IMG/VR virus record: IMGVR_UViG_2740892229_000018 | Coordinates: 1-32,643 of that record | DNA from: a virus | Taxonomy: Duplodnaviria > Heunggongvirae > Uroviricota > Caudoviricetes | Direction: 5' to 3' (one strand) | DNA length: 32,643 nt | Shown: piece after piece, positions 1 through 7,471 of the stretch | How positions within the stretch are numbered: the stretch's first letter is position 1 | How the letters are laid out: each line of letters begins with the position of its first letter | Notes under the pieces: generated by a model | Seen by the model: the letters and a program-made list of their open reading frames with translations, nothing else | Told to the model about the DNA's origin: nothing | The model's database searches: none | Made by a program: the position numbers and the translations under genes

Positions 1-933
1 ATGGACAACGACAAAATTGATCAACACAGCGACGAAATTGAAGTTGAGAGCGAAGAAAAAGAGCGCGGCAAAAAAATAGAAATAGATGAAGACCGACTCC
101 CCTCCCGGGCGATGGCAATTCATGAGCATATCCGCCAGGATGGTGAAAAAGAGCTGGAACGCGACGCAATGGCGCTACTGTGGTCAGCCATTGCGGCGGG
201 TCTGTCGATGGGCGCTTCGTTACTGGCAAAAGGGATATTTCATGTCGAACTGGAAGGTGTGCCGGGCAGCTTCTTGCTGGAGAATCTCGGTTATACCTTT
301 GGTTTTATTATCGTCATTATGGCCCGCCAGCAATTATTTACCGAAAATACCGTGACTGCGGTACTACCCGTCATGCAAAAACCGACAATGAGCAACGTCG
401 GCTTACTTATACGGTTATGGGGCGTCGTGCTGCTGGGTAATATTCTCGGGACAGGTATTGCGGCGTGGGCATTTGAATATATGCCTATCTTCAATGAAGA
501 AACTCGCGATGCATTTGTCAAAATCGGCATGGATGTGATGAAGAACACCCCCAGCGAGATGTTTGCCAACGCGATCATTTCCGGCTGGCTGATCGCCACT
601 ATGGTTTGGATGTTTCCTGCAGCGGGTGCGGCAAAGATTGTGGTGATTATATTGATGACCTGGCTTATTGCCCTGGGTGACACCACCCATATCGTGGTCG
701 GTTCTGTTGAAATCCTCTATCTGGTGTTTAACGGTACGCTGCACTGGAGCGATTTCATCTGGCCCTTCGCACTACCTACTTTAGCGGGGAACATCTGCGG
801 CGGCACCTTTATCTTCGCGTTAATGAGTCATGCACAGATTCGTAACGACATGAGCAATAAGCGTAAAGCAGAAGCACGCCAAAAAGCAGAACGTGCGGAA
901 AACATTAAGAAAAATTATAAAAACCCGGCATAA
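1..933 (+). CDS. yfdC: YfdC, formate/nitrite transporter (FNT) family inner membrane protein
   Basis: 310-aa ORF starting at window position 1; multi-pass hydrophobic protein matching my memory of E. coli YfdC, which sits immediately upstream of argW in K-12. Confidence 0.88.
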   Translation: MDNDKIDQHSDEIEVESEEKERGKKIEIDEDRLPSRAMAIHEHIRQDGEKELERDAMALLWSAIAAGLSMGASLLAKGIFHVELEGVPGSFLLENLGYTFGFIIVIMARQQLFTENTVTAVLPVMQKPTMSNVGLLIRLWGVVLLGNILGTGIAAWAFEYMPIFNEETRDAFVKIGMDVMKNTPSEMFANAIISGWLIATMVWMFPAAGAAKIVVIILMTWLIALGDTTHIVVGSVEILYLVFNGTLHWSDFIWPFALPTLAGNICGGTFIFALMSHAQIRNDMSNKRKAEARQKAERAENIKKNYKNPA

Positions 934-1008
934 ATGGCGAGGGTTTAAGCAATCGAGCGGCAGCGTACTTACCCCGCACTCCATTAGCGGGTATACTCAT
1001 GCCGCATT

Positions 1009-1083
1009 GTCCTCTTAGTTAAATGGATATAACGAGCCCCTCCTAAGGGCTAATTGCAGGTTCGATTCCTGCAGGGGACACCA
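1009..1083 (+). tRNA. argW: tRNA-Arg (anticodon CCU)
   Basis: 75-nt sequence GTCCTCTTAGTT...GCAGGGGACACCA read directly; anticodon loop CUCCUAA, T-arm GGTTCGATTCC, 3' CCA encoded. Confidence 0.92.
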
Positions 1084-1178
1084 TTTATCAGTTCGCTCCC
1101 ATCCGTACCAGTCCGCAAAATCCCCTGAATATCAAACCTTCTGTAGATGCACAGTTCGTAATGGTTCGCGTCAGATCG

Positions 1179-1208
1179 TTGACAGCCGCACTCCATGACG
1201 GGTAAAAA
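1179..1208 (+). promoter_or_regulatory. candidate sigma70 promoter for the integrase gene
   Basis: TTGACA at 1179-1184, 17-18 bp spacer, GTAAAA/TAAAAA at 1202-1208, about 40 bp upstream of the int ATG. Confidence 0.3.
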
Positions 1209-1244
1209 GTGGATAAAATAATTTTACCCACCGGATTTTTACCC

Positions 1245-2426
1245 ATGCTCACCGTTAAGCAGATTGAAGCAGCAAAGCCGAAAGAAAAACCATACCGCTT
1301 ACTCGATGGTAATGGCCTGTACCTTTATGTCCCTGTATCCGGAAAAAAGGTCTGGCAGCTTCGCTACAAGATTGACGGTAAGGAGAAAATCCTGACCGTC
1401 GGAAAATATCCGCTTATGACTTTGCAGGAGGCAAGGGATAAAGCATGGACTGCGAGGAAAGACATCTCGGTTGGCATCGATCCGGTAAAGGCGAAAAAGG
1501 CTTCGTCTAACAACAATTCCTTTAGCGCCATTTACAAGGAATGGTACGAGCACAAGAAGCAAGTCTGGTCAGTAGGCTATGCAAATGAACTTGCAAAAAT
1601 GTTTGATGACGACATTTTACCCATCATCGGCGGCCTTGAAATTCAGGATATTGAGCCGATGCAACTGTTGGAAGTAATCCGCAGATTTGAAGATCGCGGC
1701 GCAATGGAGCGAGCCAACAAAGCACGCAGAAGATGCGGCGAGGTTTTCCGTTACGCTATTGTCACTGGTAGGGCTAAATATAACCCGGCACCTGACCTTG
1801 CTGACGCCATGAAGGGATACCGCAAGAAGAACTTCCCGTTTCTTCCTGCAGACCAGATCCCGGCATTTAACAAAGCACTGGCAACATTTTCAGGAAGTAT
1901 CGTATCGCTCATTGCCACCAAGGTTTTACGCTATACAGCCCTAAGAACGAAAGAGCTTCGTTCCATGCTATGGAAGAACGTCGATTTTGAAAACAGGATT
2001 ATCACCATCGACGCCAGTGTGATGAAAGGACGCAAAATTCATGTGGTTCCTATGTCAGACCAGGTGATTGAACTTCTCACTACGCTAAGCTCAATCACTA
2101 AACCGGTATCAGAGTTTGTTTTTGCCGGGCGCAACGATAAGAAGAAGCCAATCTGCGAGAACGCGGTGCTACTTGTGATCAAACAAATCGGCTATGAGGG
2201 GCTGGAAAGCGGTCACGGATTCAGGCATGAATTCAGCACGATTATGAACGAGCACGAATGGCCTGCCGACGCCATTGAAGTGCAACTGGCACATGCCAAC
2301 GGCGGTTCTGTGCGTGGAATTTACAACCATGCTCAGTATCTCGATAAGCGCAGAGAAATGATGCAGTGGTGGGCGGACTGGATTGATGAAAAGGTGGAGC
2401 AACCAACATTGCTATATCTCAGATAG
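1245..2426 (+). CDS. intS: tyrosine integrase, P4/IntS type
   Basis: ORF beginning MLTVKQIEAAKPKEKPYRLLDGNGLY at ATG 1245 (the track ORF starts at an upstream GTG, 1209); matches my memory of K-12 IntS (CPS-53/KplE1); positioned directly after argW and transcribed away from it. Confidence 0.9.
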   Translation: MLTVKQIEAAKPKEKPYRLLDGNGLYLYVPVSGKKVWQLRYKIDGKEKILTVGKYPLMTLQEARDKAWTARKDISVGIDPVKAKKASSNNNSFSAIYKEWYEHKKQVWSVGYANELAKMFDDDILPIIGGLEIQDIEPMQLLEVIRRFEDRGAMERANKARRRCGEVFRYAIVTGRAKYNPAPDLADAMKGYRKKNFPFLPADQIPAFNKALATFSGSIVSLIATKVLRYTALRTKELRSMLWKNVDFENRIITIDASVMKGRKIHVVPMSDQVIELLTTLSSITKPVSEFVFAGRNDKKKPICENAVLLVIKQIGYEGLESGHGFRHEFSTIMNEHEWPADAIEVQLAHANGGSVRGIYNHAQYLDKRREMMQWWADWIDEKVEQPTLLYLR

Positions 2427-2472
2427 CACAAAGCCTTGCAATCCAGTGCAAAGCTTTGTGTGTCTCAGTTTT
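2427..2472 (+). terminator. hairpin immediately after the int stop codon (possible terminator)
   Basis: 13/14-bp stem cacaaagccttgca / tgcaaagctttgtg (2427-2460) with 6-nt loop; TTTT at 2469-2472 is 8 nt further on, so the U-tract is not ideal. Confidence 0.4.
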
Positions 2473-2577
2473 GTCTTATCAACCCTATTGATGCAATAAG
2501 ACAAAAAAAGGCATTAATGACACAAGTGAATAATTAGAAAATGTGGCCGCAACACTTAAGATGCGGCCTTCAATGCA

Positions 2578-4677
2578 TTAAAGAGGTGTTATGGTAAATG
2601 TTACATTTGTCTGGCTTGCACCAAGTGTTACTTCCAAATTCCCACCACTAACGCTGATAGAGGTTATCGAAATTCCAGAGCCACCATAGACAACCTGATT
2701 AGCGGTGTTTACAGAAAGCGTAGAACCATCATAGCTGAACGTAACCCCGTCAGCATAAGATTGATAGTTATTGACGCGTATTTTAAAAATCTCCCTATAA
2801 ACTGACGCGGCTCCTAAAAAACTAGGGAATGCGCCATTGATTTCTGTCAGTGGGATTTGGAAAGTTTTCCCAGGTCCAGAAAATCCCTTTTTGTGTTGGG
2901 ATACTCTGAATGTCTCATAGGAACCAGTTGACAGTAACTGCCCTCTATATGCTGATTCTTTATGAAATGCTTGTACTGACTCCGCATAATTTACGACACC
3001 TCTACCAACCCTTCCTGTGTCAATTTCTAATGTTGAACCAGTATCCACTAAAGATGCCGGGAAGTTAAATGTGGCACCATTCCAGAAGGTTATTCTGGGA
3101 ACGGTGATGTGGGTATTTACACCTGTAATTGTAAATAAGCGTTGGCGTTGTGTGCGTAGAGACAGGTTCAAAACAGCCGACGCTCCTCCGCTAGCCAGTA
3201 TCACTGCATTTGTAGTATCTATAGTGTCGTAGCAGTTGAAGGTCAGCGCTGCCGAACCAGCTACCATATTTATGTACGCGTTCGCTGACGGTGACGGACT
3301 CTCCGCACCAATATCACCAGCAACGTCACACTCTGAAAAATAATAAGATGAACCACCAGAAACACTACCTGCGTTATCGCATGCCGTTGATTGAAAGTTT
3401 ATGTACTGGCATCTTTCCATATGCCATCCATCTAACTCAGCGCCGGCCACATAGCAGCTGCTTATATGTAGACTTGTTGCTGCTTGGTTAACTGCTGCTG
3501 CTGGCGTCCCGCCTGTAGAGGTAAAGCGTGCTGCGTCATAAAAGACACCGTGAGATGTATTCTCAGAGAATCGGCATAAGGTAAGCCCACCTAACCAACC
3601 GCTTTTAACCCACAGACCATGTTTACAACCTCTGGTTCTCACTTTCTCAATGGAGTAGCCAACAACCTGCGGCATATAAATACCAACAGGTCGGTTGTCA
3701 GATGGCGCTAAATGACAGTCAATATATCCACCACTGAATGTCCAGTATCGGCAGATATCATTTCCGCCGATAAGGAAGACGCAGTTAACATCGCCTTCTA
3801 CGTAAGCTCCTTGCGTGGGAATGTATGCATCAAGTCCAGTAGTGGTAGTTGATGTTTTAACAATTGTAGATTCGCCGAGATTTACCGACCAATAGTCAGT
3901 AGCCTGCAATAAAACAGGTTGGTCTATAAGATAGCCACGACCTTTTTCGTCAGGTGTTTTAATCTTACCAAGAGAATCGAACATGTTCTGGAATGCAGCG
4001 GATGAGGAGGTTGCTCCAGACGGTAAAGAGCCATCATCCTGAACTTCAAAGGACACTGCGCCGAAGTCATCTACAGTTACATTTTCTTTATTTACCCGCT
4101 CCCAGTACCACATGGATGACACCACAGCGATTATGCCGCCATCATCGGATGGAATATTAGACATTCCAACTGTAGAGCGGGCAATAAATTCTCCACCACC
4201 TGTACGACCTCCCGAGTAGTAAGATGCCAGAAGAATTCTCTGACCTCCTACTTCTGGAACAATGGTTCGTAGTTCATCAAAAGAATCTACCTGACCGATT
4301 AACTTAAATCCATCAACGCCAGAAAGACGCTTCTCAAATTGGTCAGGGTCGTACTTCAACACATTAGGGAAATAGAACTGCTGCGCCCCATATGCATCGT
4401 ACACAGCCATAGAATGGCCTTGCCCGGTAACGAATTTGGCAATCTGTCCGTTATATACCGGATAACCAGCAGCGTTAATGATGATTGGTTGAGAAACAGG
4501 AACGTGAGAACCGTCTTCGTTCTCTACATAAACCTGAATCCGGTTTTCAGGATTTACCGGATCCGTGTCAATTTTACCGATATAAATTTCGCCATTGGCA
4601 ACTGCTTTAAAAGAACGCGCCATAGTGAAGAGTTGCGAAGGCATCGATACGATCACATTGGCTGTAATGTCTGTCAT
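2578..4677 (-). CDS. tailspike protein with P22 gp9-like N-terminal head-binding domain and a divergent receptor-binding domain
   Basis: 699 aa; N-terminus [29 protein letters not shown]...[10 protein letters not shown] matches the conserved P22 tailspike head-binding domain from memory; the remaining ~580 aa do not resemble the P22 sequence I recall; GGAG RBS 6 nt upstream. Confidence 0.85.
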   Translation of the reverse strand: MTDITANVIVSMPSQLFTMARSFKAVANGEIYIGKIDTDPVNPENRIQVYVENEDGSHVPVSQPIIINAAGYPVYNGQIAKFVTGQGHSMAVYDAYGAQQFYFPNVLKYDPDQFEKRLSGVDGFKLIGQVDSFDELRTIVPEVGGQRILLASYYSGGRTGGGEFIARSTVGMSNIPSDDGGIIAVVSSMWYWERVNKENVTVDDFGAVSFEVQDDGSLPSGATSSSAAFQNMFDSLGKIKTPDEKGRGYLIDQPVLLQATDYWSVNLGESTIVKTSTTTTGLDAYIPTQGAYVEGDVNCVFLIGGNDICRYWTFSGGYIDCHLAPSDNRPVGIYMPQVVGYSIEKVRTRGCKHGLWVKSGWLGGLTLCRFSENTSHGVFYDAARFTSTGGTPAAAVNQAATSLHISSCYVAGAELDGWHMERCQYINFQSTACDNAGSVSGGSSYYFSECDVAGDIGAESPSPSANAYINMVAGSAALTFNCYDTIDTTNAVILASGGASAVLNLSLRTQRQRLFTITGVNTHITVPRITFWNGATFNFPASLVDTGSTLEIDTGRVGRGVVNYAESVQAFHKESAYRGQLLSTGSYETFRVSQHKKGFSGPGKTFQIPLTEINGAFPSFLGAASVYREIFKIRVNNYQSYADGVTFSYDGSTLSVNTANQVVYGGSGISITSISVSGGNLEVTLGASQTNVTFTITPL

Positions 4678-4735
4678 TTAATTTGCTCCAGATACAAGGA
4701 ATCGCCGCAGCGTAGCTACGGTGAATTTTGGGCAT

Positions 4736-4758
4736 AAAAAAACCCAGCCGAAGCTGGG
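4736..4758 (-). terminator. rho-independent terminator between ant and the tailspike gene
   Basis: Minus-strand hairpin cccagc-ttcg-gctggg followed by TTTTTTT (A-run 4736-4742 on plus). Confidence 0.6.
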
Positions 4759-4777
4759 TCGTTGCGTTGGTTATCTG

Positions 4778-5707
4778 TCAGTAGTTATGTACTGAAGGAG
4801 GCAATTCTTTATTCTTAAGTCTCATCCATGCGGAAAGATTCGTTGGTCCGTCTGGCTCATTAATATCAACATCTCGTGTGTGGTTTATTAAAACGTCTCT
4901 CGCCATTCCGATAACATACGAGAACTCATGACCATAGTCGTAGCATCTGCCGGAATAGTTCGATTGAATTTGTTTTAATGCCGGATACAGTTCGCGGAAT
5001 AATGCCTGTGAGCGGTTGGCATAATCCCATAACCATACAAGGCTGTTTGCTTCTTTTGCAGAAAGCTCGTTGGTTTTCTTCTCTTGTTTGCCGATTAACT
5101 CGCCTTCAAGCGGAACGCGAGCTGCAAGTGACAGAGCTTCGGTAAACTGCTCCTCGCTGATTTCTTTGTATGAACACCCAAAATGGGATTTCAGTGATGA
5201 CCACATGGTGATCATCGCCTTAGCCTGTTTTTCTTTTGGCAGAGACTGACCGCGACTCATGACGAGTTGTTTAATGGCTTCCTGCTGTTCAGTGGTGATT
5301 TTACCCGGCAACGCCTTTTTAGCTTTGCGTGGGTTAACTACATGGCCTTTAGTCCAGTACTCGTATAGCACATCGTCACACTCTTCTTGATACTGGATTA
5401 CATTGTCGCGGATTTCAGGGCGGACTTTGTTAGGGCTGATGGTTTGCAGCCAGCCAGCAAGTTTGCGAAGTGCCAAACAAATAATCTCACGGCACTGTTC
5501 ATCACCAGGAAGCTGCATTGTGATTTTCACAATGGAGGTTTTAAACCGTTGCTTTATTTTCGTAAACTGTGAAGCCCAATCCATACCCATGCCTTCAACG
5601 ATAGGTTTCATTGGGGTGTACGGCTCACCGTTGTGATTGACGACATAAAGCTCTGCGCCGTGGAATGGCACGTTGATAGTAGATACCGCTGTTGCTATAC
5701 TTTTCAT
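4778..5707 (-). CDS. ant: antirepressor Ant (immI region)
   Basis: Sits directly downstream of arc on the same strand, as in P22 immI. ATG at 5707 ([12 protein letters not shown]...) preferred over the track's upstream TTG at 5773. Confidence 0.7.
   Translation of the reverse strand: MKSIATAVSTINVPFHGAELYVVNHNGEPYTPMKPIVEGMGMDWASQFTKIKQRFKTSIVKITMQLPGDEQCREIICLALRKLAGWLQTISPNKVRPEIRDNVIQYQEECDDVLYEYWTKGHVVNPRKAKKALPGKITTEQQEAIKQLVMSRGQSLPKEKQAKAMITMWSSLKSHFGCSYKEISEEQFTEALSLAARVPLEGELIGKQEKKTNELSAKEANSLVWLWDYANRSQALFRELYPALKQIQSNYSGRCYDYGHEFSYVIGMARDVLINHTRDVDINEPDGPTNLSAWMRLKNKELPPSVHNY
5672..5700 (+). promoter_or_regulatory. Psar-like promoter antisense to the ant start
   Basis: TTGATA (5672-5677), exact 17-bp spacer, TATACT (5695-5700) on the plus strand; predicted start lies at about the ant start codon. 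Confidence 0.45.
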
Positions 5708-5775
5708 GTCAATATTTCCTAATCCGATTTGTTGATACCGAAGCCCTGACTGTTCCAGCAGTTGGGGCTTCAACT
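5706..5775 (+). ncRNA. sar: candidate sar-like antisense RNA covering the ant RBS and the arc-ant spacer
   Basis: Transcript from the Psar-like promoter would run about 70 nt to a 7-bp hairpin gaagccc(5740-5746)/gggcttc(5765-5771); matches the size and position of P22 sar RNA; the U-tract is weak. Confidence 0.4.
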
Positions 5776-5937
5776 TTACGCGCCAATGCGCCCTTCCTTC
5801 TTAAAGCTTTCCATTACTCTCTGATAAATCTCAGAGTTAACAGACCGACCATTCTCTTCCGCCACCTTGCGTACCAAATCCAATACTTCTTTAGGCCACC
5901 GCAAATTGAACTGCGGCATCTTGCTCATTCCTTTCAT
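5776..5937 (-). CDS. arc: Arc repressor (ribbon-helix-helix)
   Basis: 53-aa product [53 protein letters not shown], essentially the P22 Arc sequence as I remember it. Confidence 0.93.
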   Translation of the reverse strand: MKGMSKMPQFNLRWPKEVLDLVRKVAEENGRSVNSEIYQRVMESFKKEGRIGA

Positions 5938-5952
5938 ATTCACCTCACAATA

Positions 5953-5971
5953 TAGGTTCACCGTGGACCTA
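5953..5971. promoter_or_regulatory. Mnt operator (O_mnt)
   Basis: Near-perfect dyad TAGGTTCACCGTGGACCTA, placed just downstream of the Pant -10 as in P22. Confidence 0.6.
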
Positions 5972-6000
5972 TTGAGAATATAGTAGAGTGCTTCTATCAT
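5972..6000 (+). promoter_or_regulatory. Pmnt-like promoter
   Basis: TTGAGA (5972-5977), 17-bp spacer, TATCAT (5995-6000), divergent from and overlapping Pant. Confidence 0.45.
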
Positions 6001-6001
6001 G
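5976..6001. promoter_or_regulatory. Arc operator
   Basis: gaatatagtagagtgcttctatcatg is the reverse complement of the P22 arc operator CATGATAGAAGCACTCTACTATATTC as I recall it; lies between the Pant -35 and -10. Confidence 0.7.
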
Positions 6002-6005
6002 TCAA
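5977..6005 (-). promoter_or_regulatory. Pant promoter
   Basis: Minus-strand TTGACA (6000-6005), 17-bp spacer containing the Arc operator, TATATT (5977-5982). Confidence 0.6.
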
Positions 6006-6027
6006 CACACTAACTTGGAGTGATGGC

Positions 6028-6279
6028 ATGGCTAGAGATGATCCGCACTTTAACTTCCGTATGCCTATGGAAGTAAGGGAGAAATTAAAATTCAGGGCGG
6101 AGGCGAATGGGAGATCAATGAACTCCGAGTTGTTACAAATCGTCCAAGATGCTCTATCAAAACCATCGCCTGTGACTGGATATCGTGACGATGCAGAACG
6201 ACTCGCTGATGAGCAGTCAGATCTTGTTAAGAAGATGGTGTTTGATACGCTGAAGGATTTGTACAAAAAAACCACCTGA
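6028..6279 (+). CDS. mnt: Mnt repressor
   Basis: 83-aa product MARDDPHFNFRMPMEVREKLKFRAEANGRSMNSELLQIVQDAL... near-identical to P22 Mnt from memory. Confidence 0.93.
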   Translation: MARDDPHFNFRMPMEVREKLKFRAEANGRSMNSELLQIVQDALSKPSPVTGYRDDAERLADEQSDLVKKMVFDTLKDLYKKTT

Positions 6280-6378
6280 CGGTGAGTTAATTTTTGCATT
6301 TACCTGGGCCATATTGACTACTTATAAAATGAGATCAATATTTAATCGCCCAATAACGGGTGTATGTTGAGGTATATC

Positions 6379-6558
6379 ATGGCGAAAAAACCAGGTGAAA
6401 ACACAGGGAAAAACGGCGGAATATACCAAGAAGTTGGCCCACGCGGCGGTAAGAAAGACAATTTTGCCACCGTCAAGGACAACGAAAGGCTTCCACCAAC
6501 AACAAAGCCAGGTCATGGCTGGGTATTGGATAAGCGAACTCCAGACAGCAAAAAGTAA
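6379..6558 (+). CDS. small conserved protein, possibly YjzC-like; function unknown
   Basis: 59 aa from ATG 6379 (GAGG 8 nt upstream; the track's earlier ATG at 6364 lacks an RBS). Motif KPGE..NGGIYQEVGPRGG...ERLPPTT..GHGWVL resembles the YjzC-like small-protein family as I recall it. Confidence 0.45.
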   Translation: MAKKPGENTGKNGGIYQEVGPRGGKKDNFATVKDNERLPPTTKPGHGWVLDKRTPDSKK

Positions 6559-6563
6559 TAATC

Positions 6564-6588
6564 AAGCCGGGTCACTCCGGCTTTTTGA
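6564..6588. terminator. hairpin with T-run between the convergent cargo genes
   Basis: agccgg(6565-6570)/ccggct(6577-6582) followed by TTTTT on the plus strand; overlaps the last codons of the minus-strand 121-aa gene. Confidence 0.45.
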
Positions 6589-6937
6589 TATGTCGCTCGC
6601 AGAACTCAACAAGCCTGCTCATTAAGTAGCAGTAAGTCTCGTTGGCTCTTCCTGGTTCAACATCAACACCTACCCTTGAGCAGATATCGAATGCCATGTG
6701 AGCGCACTCATGGGCAATAGTAGATAGTTTGCCATTGAACACGCCTATCACATGCAAAACACCATTCTCGCTACTCATTGTATGAGACGCTCCGTTGGCG
6801 TCCGAGTCATGCACGTCAACGCCAAGTTTTTGATGCAGGCGTTGCCATTCTGGAAAGTCTCTACAAAACACAATTGTACCGCTCTCAAAGAGCGGTACGA
6901 GCATCTTTGGTACGTTTCCAATGTTAACTTTTTTCAT
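6572..6937 (-). CDS. hypothetical 121-aa protein with HExxH motif (putative minimal zincin-like metallopeptidase)
   Basis: MKKVNIGN... contains H76-E77-C-A-H80 with E94/E100 downstream; divergently transcribed from the lipoprotein gene; sits where P22 carries sieA. Function inferred from the motif only. Confidence 0.5.
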   Translation of the reverse strand: MKKVNIGNVPKMLVPLFESGTIVFCRDFPEWQRLHQKLGVDVHDSDANGASHTMSSENGVLHVIGVFNGKLSTIAHECAHMAFDICSRVGVDVEPGRANETYCYLMSRLVEFCERHIKKPE

Positions 6938-6971
6938 GGTATCCTGCGCAAAACTAAGGAGAGTTAATTAT

Positions 6972-7457
6972 ATGAAAAAATCACTGTTAATTATCCCGCT
7001 TCTGCTGGCTGGGTGCGCAAAAGTAAGCGACTATCAGGCAAGTTGCGAGCAACGCTATCCAAAGCTTAGCGATATGGCTAATTGCCTTGATGCCAGCTTG
7101 AAGAACGACTCTCGCATGGCATCAGCACCAACACCTAAGCTGTATGTCCTTGCTGCGAAGATGCTCGGGCAAGGTGTCGATGAAGGCAAGATAAGTGACA
7201 CACAGGCAAGACTTGAACTTCAGAATCTTTATGTTCAATTACAAAGCCAAGAACAAGCACAACAAATAGCACAAAGCCAAGCATTCCAGCAGGCTTTATT
7301 GAATTATCAGGCTGTAAACACAATGCAAGCGATCGAGCAAAAAGCGCGCCAGCCTGTTATAACTCAACCTTACCCAACACGCGTTGACACATATACAAAC
7401 TGCAATTCAGGATTTGGAAACACGGTAACATGCAACAGTAGCAGTAATATCAGGTAG
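6972..7457 (+). CDS. putative lipoprotein with Gln-rich coiled-coil segment
   Basis: MKKSLLIIPLLLAGC has a signal peptide and lipobox (LAGC); AAGGAG RBS 8 nt upstream of ATG 6972; central segment QNLYVQLQSQEQAQQIAQSQAFQQALLNYQ. Confidence 0.65.
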   Translation: MKKSLLIIPLLLAGCAKVSDYQASCEQRYPKLSDMANCLDASLKNDSRMASAPTPKLYVLAAKMLGQGVDEGKISDTQARLELQNLYVQLQSQEQAQQIAQSQAFQQALLNYQAVNTMQAIEQKARQPVITQPYPTRVDTYTNCNSGFGNTVTCNSSSNIR

Positions 7458-7471
7458 TTATATCTTATCTT

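Noticed and set aside
86-744. Four track ORFs (86-355 +, 180-440 +, 291-686 -, 415-744 -) overlapping yfdC
   Set aside because: They lie entirely inside the well-supported yfdC frame in other frames or on the opposite strand, with no RBS or recognisable protein features.
3017-4737. Plus-strand ORFs 3017-3232, 3291-3491 and 4339-4737 inside or overlapping the tailspike gene
   Set aside because: Antisense to a long gene with strong homology; 4339-4737 also runs across the ant/tailspike terminator; likely chance ORFs.
5692-5955. Plus-strand 87-aa ORF across the arc-ant region
   Set aside because: Antisense to arc and the arc-ant spacer; that strand is better explained by the Psar promoter and sar-like RNA than by a protein.
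5776-6279. mnt/arc as a toxin-antitoxin pair
   Set aside because: Both are ribbon-helix-helix repressors with their operators present and the canonical ant target downstream; the immI switch explains the locus fully.
6294-6342. Possible sigma70 promoter (TTGCAT or TTGACT with a weak -10) upstream of the YjzC-like gene
   Set aside because: No -10 hexamer with acceptable spacing and match could be fixed; expression may instead come from mnt read-through.
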